In this document: positions 60,024 through 64,000 of the stretch, in pieces | Layout of the letters: the number at the start of each line of letters is the position of its first letter | How positions within the stretch are numbered: position 1 is the stretch's first letter | Assembly: GCA_963675295.2 (NCBI GenBank) | Contig: CAXXKJ010000001.1 | Coordinates: 210,430 to 274,429 of the forward strand | Source of the DNA: a bacterium | GTDB taxonomy: Bacteria; Electryoneota; Electryoneia; Electryoneales; Electryoneaceae | Length of the DNA stretch: 64,000 nucleotides | Direction of reading: 5' to 3' | Program-made: the position numbers and the translations under genes | The notes under the pieces: model-generated | Told to the model about the DNA's origin: nothing | Databases searched by the model: none | The model's input: only the letters and a program-made list of their open reading frames with translations

Positions 60024-60053
60024 AAACGCGACCACACTCGGGTCGCGTTTTTT
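60024..60053 (+). terminator. Intrinsic terminator
   Basis: AAACGCGACC-loop-GGTCGCGTTTTTT. Confidence 0.8.
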
Positions 60054-60103
60054 AGCGGAACGCATACTGACTTGCACCCATAACCCCTCGGGGGGATGGT
60101 ACC

Positions 60104-60457
60104 ATGCCGTATGATGATAACGGGATCTTTGCGAAGATCATCCGCAAGGAGATCCCTGCGAAAATCGTGCATGAAACCGACACGGTTCTCGCGTTCGAAG
60201 ACATCAACGCCAGGGCGCCGATCCATATCCTGATCGTGCCGAAAGTGCCCGTTGAGTCGGTCAACGACCTGCAGGATGATCACGCGCAGATCATGGGAGA
60301 GGTACTCCTTGCCGCGCGCGACATCGCAAAGCAGCTCAATATCGACGAAAAGGGCTACCGGTTGGTGATCAACACCAACTCGGACGCTGGCCAGGAAATC
60401 TTCCACCTGCACGTGCACCTGCTCGCAGGCCGGAAAATGACGTGGCCGCCGGGTTGA
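60104..60457 (+). CDS. hinT: Histidine triad nucleotide-binding protein (HinT)
   Basis: IFAKII..EIP, AFEDI...AP.HILIVPK, GQEIFHLHVHLLAGR.M.WPPG. Confidence 0.93.
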   Translation: MPYDDNGIFAKIIRKEIPAKIVHETDTVLAFEDINARAPIHILIVPKVPVESVNDLQDDHAQIMGEVLLAARDIAKQLNIDEKGYRLVINTNSDAGQEIFHLHVHLLAGRKMTWPPG

Positions 60458-60553
60458 TCCGAGTCGTACACCTTATGCCAAACCGAACGAGACTCAGGTA
60501 ACGCCCGAGTTTCCGCGAACGATTTTGGCGACCCTTGCACGATTGTCTATCTC

Positions 60554-60581
60554 GACCGGTGCTTCGCGCCGGTCTTTTTTT
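60554..60581 (+). terminator. Intrinsic terminator
   Basis: GACCGGTGC-TTC-GCGCCGGTC followed by a T-run. Confidence 0.75.
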
Positions 60582-60662
60582 GTCCGAAAGTTCAGTGAAT
60601 TAAACCAGGGACAGACGGTTGTTTTATCGTGAAGAAAATAACATAAAAACTAGCGTCTGTCC

Positions 60663-61987
60663 CACAGCTGTCCCATTGAGCGATTAGTGAATCATCTGTA
60701 AGCGTTGTGGTTGTTGGGTTTGAGGGGTGTTGTTTTTGAAATCGATTTGAACTTGGTGTTTGAGTGCATGTTTTCACCTTCAGCGTCGATTCGCGAGGTG
60801 GAAGATGCACACGGGCCGGATGGTGTTTTCTCAGTTGATGGACGTGGTGTCCATGCAGGATTTTCGCAGTTGTGTCGTCCGGTACGGCGGCGAGTGGCGG
60901 GTGCGGCGTTTTTCCTGCTGGGATCAGTTTCTCTGCATGGTTTTTGCGCAGCTGACGCACCGGGAGAGCCTGCGTGACATCGAACTGTCGCTTCGAGCGG
61001 TTCAACGCAACCTGTACCACGCCGGGATTCGTGCGCGGGTGGCACGCAACACGCTGGCCAATGCCAACCGCCATCGGGACTGGCGCATCTGGCAGGACCT
61101 GGCGCTGGGCCTGATTGACCAGGCACGGGCGCTGTATGCCGGCGATCCGCTGGCCGTAGACTTGGCGGGCACGGTTTACGCGTTCGATTCGACGATGATC
61201 GACCTCTGTCTAACGCTGTTCCCGTGGGCGCCATTCGAACGCAGCCGCGGCGCGGTGAAGTTGCACACCATGCTGGATTTACGCGGAAATATCCCCACGA
61301 TGTGCGTCATCACCCACGGGCGGGTGCACGACGTCACCGTGCTCGACTGGATCCCGTTCGAACCAGGCGCGATCTATGTGCTCGACCGCGGCTACGTCAG
61401 CTACGCACGCCTCTGGCGCATCCAGCAGGCAAGAGCGGGCTTTGTCATCCGCGCGCAGCGAAACCTGAAAGCGACCGTCGTCGCAACGCATCCGGTGGAT
61501 TCGGCAACAGGTGTACTCGAGGATCAGACAATCGTGCTGGCGATCCCCCACAGCCGAAGCCGCTATCCGGATCAACTGCGGCGTATCTGCTATCATGACC
61601 GTGAAAACGACCGCACCCTGACCTACCTCAGCAACCTTTTCACACTGCCGGCACGAACCATCGCCGATCTCTACCGGGAACGCTGGCAGATCGAATGCTT
61701 CTTCAAATGGATCAAGCAACATTTGCGCATCAAACGCTTCTACGGGACCAACAAGAATGCCGTCAAAACACAAATCTGGATCGCCATCACCACCTATCTG
61801 CTCGTCGCGATCCTCAAAAAACAGCTCCAACTCGAACCCAGTCCCTACCAGATTCTGCAAATTCTGGGCATCTCTCTCTTCGAACGCGTGCCTATAAAAC
61901 AACTATTTAGCAACAAGCACGCGACCCTGTTTACCGACCACGATTCCAACCAGTTGAGTTTCCTCAACTTTTAATGGGACAGCTGTG
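60663..61987 (+). mobile_element. IS4-family insertion sequence with 15-bp terminal inverted repeats and 9-bp target duplication
   Basis: IRL CACAGCTGTCCCATT and IRR AATGGGACAGCTGTG; CGTCTGTCC duplicated at 60654-60662 and 61988-61996. Confidence 0.92.
60805..61974 (+). CDS. IS4-family DDE transposase (DUF4372-type N-terminus)
   Basis: VFSQL...FSCWDQFLCM.FAQLT.RESLRDI; DST, KLH, DRGY, Y..RWQIE.FFKWIKQ. Confidence 0.93.
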   Translation: MHTGRMVFSQLMDVVSMQDFRSCVVRYGGEWRVRRFSCWDQFLCMVFAQLTHRESLRDIELSLRAVQRNLYHAGIRARVARNTLANANRHRDWRIWQDLALGLIDQARALYAGDPLAVDLAGTVYAFDSTMIDLCLTLFPWAPFERSRGAVKLHTMLDLRGNIPTMCVITHGRVHDVTVLDWIPFEPGAIYVLDRGYVSYARLWRIQQARAGFVIRAQRNLKATVVATHPVDSATGVLEDQTIVLAIPHSRSRYPDQLRRICYHDRENDRTLTYLSNLFTLPARTIADLYRERWQIECFFKWIKQHLRIKRFYGTNKNAVKTQIWIAITTYLLVAILKKQLQLEPSPYQILQILGISLFERVPIKQLFSNKHATLFTDHDSNQLSFLNF

Positions 61988-62024
61988 CGTCTGTCCCTGA
62001 TTTATATAATCTAAAGCAAAACAA

Positions 62025-62049
62025 GCCCCGCGGCACGAAGCAGCGGGGC
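62025..62049 (-). terminator. Probable terminator of the 62078..63952 gene
   Basis: GCCCCGC...GCGGGGC stem with T-rich tail on the minus strand. Confidence 0.55.
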
Positions 62050-62077
62050 GGATGGTTGAAGCGGTTTTCGCGTACGG

Positions 62078-63952
62078 CTATCGGACAAGCATCAACTTCT
62101 GGGTCTTGTTCAAGCCGTGGGTGCTGCTGGCGCGGACCAGGTACATCCCGCTGGCGAGGTGGGAGGCGTCAAAGCTGAAACGATGCTGACCCGGTGTCAA
62201 CCGCTCGGCATCGGCAAGAGTGGTCACAAGCCGGCCCTGGACGGTGAAGATGGCCAACGTGACCTGGTCGTCAACTGGCAGGTCGAGCGTGATCGTGGTC
62301 GCGGTGTTGAACGGATTCGGTGACGCGGACAGGCTCGCCTCGGCAGGCGGCTTGTCCGCAGCGGATGACGGTGCATTATCCGTACCGGCTGCAGTCAACG
62401 GTTGGCTGGTGAAGGGATGCCAACTGGTGGAGGCGTTCGGCCATTCTGGGCTTGAGTCAGCGGACGGTGACTCGGTTGCCATTGCGTCGCCCTTTTCGAA
62501 GGTGAACGATCCCAAGCCCATGTTCCGACTCCGACCCGGCCCGCCGGGCGGGACAGGGGACGCGTCACCGAGGTGGACCTCGTAGGTCCAGGTGCCGTTG
62601 GGAGCGTTGGGCGGGATCCAGACGTTGATCCGGGGACGGGTGAAGGTCGCGCCGGGCTGGAGCGTGACAGGGAAGCTGGTCTGCAGGAAACGGTCGCCGT
62701 TGGGGTTGGTGAGCACGAGCCATGCGTCCAGCGGCGTCGCATCGACGAGGATGTTGCTCACCTGCGCGCCGTAACTGAGCCACCCACCATCCGCCGGAAG
62801 CTGTGGGTTCCACGGCTGCAGCTCGATTTCGACTTCGGGTGCGAATTTGAAAATGCGGAAATCACTAGATTCGTAAATAACATCTCCATTGTACCCACTA
62901 TAAACATAACCACCATCGTTTGACTGAGCACAAGTAGACGCCATGCCGCCTGGAATTGAACTATGCCATATGATATTCCCGCTTTGATCATACTTTATCA
63001 ACCAACGAGTTATTATATAATCATAGATCTCATCCTGTGACCAACCGCTTACGATAATATTATTATCAGCAGTAATCCACATTTCACCCGCCGATTGAGT
63101 GTACTCATGATCTATTAAGTCATCCCATAGTATTGATCCATCTGCATCCATTTTCATAACATACCAACCCTGACCCAGTCCGGGATTCAACCCTATGTAT
63201 CCGCAAGAATAGATAGCGTCATCCTGCATTTGTCTGACACATGATGCGTTTCCATACGCATCACTTGTATATTGCCATATCAATAATCCTTGAAGGTCTG
63301 TTTTAAGAATCGTGTAATTAGCTGGATATTCTAAAGCAACTACATAACCATCTTCCACCGGTTCTACAAAGTTTGCTCTTTCATTTATGTTATTCGGCAA
63401 TCCTCGCATCCATCGCGTACCACCTTGTTCTCCCAAACGCCAGAGTGTCGGTTCTCCCTGAATGATGCCAAGCGCGATGTATCCACCCTCCGGAACTTCA
63501 CGCACACACGTGATGTAATCATCCCAATTGAATGCACCGGTTACTCGTTGCCAGATCACGGCTCCATTCGCATCCAGTTTCCGTACATATGCATCCCACG
63601 TAGGATGATTCGAATACGATAAAGTCGATCCGCCATGGATGAATCCGCCGTCCGAGGTGGGTTCGATGTATTCCGTTCCATCCGATTGACCACCTCCTTC
63701 GATAAGTGACCAGAGTTCATTTCCCTCCGCGTCTGTACGCATGATCCAGGATGCAAGACTTCCCGGACCCTCGTCCGTATCACCCGTCAAGATGAAGCCC
63801 CCTGCGGGTACCGGCCGGATTCGCTCCATCCGCTCCATTACCCCCATGCCGTACGATCGGCTCCACAAGGTGTCCGGCGGTTGAGCCCATCCACAGGTGA
63901 GTATCAGCAGCAGTGTTAATAGCACACATGCGGCTCTAAAGCTTGTATTCAC
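62078..63952 (-). CDS. Secreted beta-propeller-like protein with pre-CTD module and T9SS-type CTD
   Basis: Signal peptide then QPPDTLW; 'DGGFI..G...KLD..G..IW' repeats; SPNPFNT...LASGMY CTD. Confidence 0.87.
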   Translation of the reverse strand: MNTSFRAACVLLTLLLILTCGWAQPPDTLWSRSYGMGVMERMERIRPVPAGGFILTGDTDEGPGSLASWIMRTDAEGNELWSLIEGGGQSDGTEYIEPTSDGGFIHGGSTLSYSNHPTWDAYVRKLDANGAVIWQRVTGAFNWDDYITCVREVPEGGYIALGIIQGEPTLWRLGEQGGTRWMRGLPNNINERANFVEPVEDGYVVALEYPANYTILKTDLQGLLIWQYTSDAYGNASCVRQMQDDAIYSCGYIGLNPGLGQGWYVMKMDADGSILWDDLIDHEYTQSAGEMWITADNNIIVSGWSQDEIYDYIITRWLIKYDQSGNIIWHSSIPGGMASTCAQSNDGGYVYSGYNGDVIYESSDFRIFKFAPEVEIELQPWNPQLPADGGWLSYGAQVSNILVDATPLDAWLVLTNPNGDRFLQTSFPVTLQPGATFTRPRINVWIPPNAPNGTWTYEVHLGDASPVPPGGPGRSRNMGLGSFTFEKGDAMATESPSADSSPEWPNASTSWHPFTSQPLTAAGTDNAPSSAADKPPAEASLSASPNPFNTATTITLDLPVDDQVTLAIFTVQGRLVTTLADAERLTPGQHRFSFDASHLASGMYLVRASSTHGLNKTQKLMLVR

Positions 63953-63964
63953 AACAAAATAAAT

Positions 63965-64000
63965 GGGGACAGACGGTAGTTTTATCCTGACACAAGATTC
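63965..64000 (+). repeat. Second copy (left arm, truncated by the window end) of the palindromic element disrupted by the IS
   Basis: GGGACAGACGGTAGTTTTATCCTGA versus GGGACAGACGGTTGTTTTATCGTGA at 60608. Confidence 0.75.

Noticed and set aside
60475-60515. c-di-GMP-I riboswitch-like string (GCCAAACC...GAGA...ACGC)
   Set aside because: Stem pairing and the GCAAAG core do not fit, and there is no downstream gene it would plausibly control.

Overview
High-GC bacterial chromosomal window with no prophage, CRISPR array or reverse transcriptase. It is probably from an FCB-group candidate lineage, inferred from many secreted proteins ending in a 'YPNPFNP...LASGVY' T9SS/FlgD-like C-terminal domain (CTD). 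Eight complete CTD-bearing surface proteins and one truncated paralogue carry LVIVD, FG-GAP, lamin-tail or beta-propeller passengers. They are interspersed with housekeeping genes (cdaA, rpmB, nadB, ppc, tRNA-Leu(CAA), spmAB, thiN, HU, HIT), a YfhO/flippase/GT4 locus, a DUF4838-GH3-GH29 glycan cluster, a thioredoxin-ApbE-DUF4266-DUF3570 operon, two sensor kinases, a RAYT-type HUH transposase and an IS4 element. Five things stand out. (1) Seven CTD proteins share an apparently unnamed ~105-aa module just before the CTD, and two have AT-rich passengers fused to GC-rich constant 3' ends, suggesting passenger swapping. (2) The RAYT is flanked by REP hairpins with an atypical TGTGCCCC foot, and a distant copy shows compensatory stem changes. 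(3) Two equal-length 110-aa orphan paralogues sit upstream of rpmB, separated by an 18-bp inverted repeat. (4) The IS4 element is inserted with a 9-bp duplication into a palindromic repeat that shares CTGTCCC with the IS ends. (5) Composite heptamer-array/hairpin elements follow stop codons. All family assignments come from reading motifs by eye, not from database searches.
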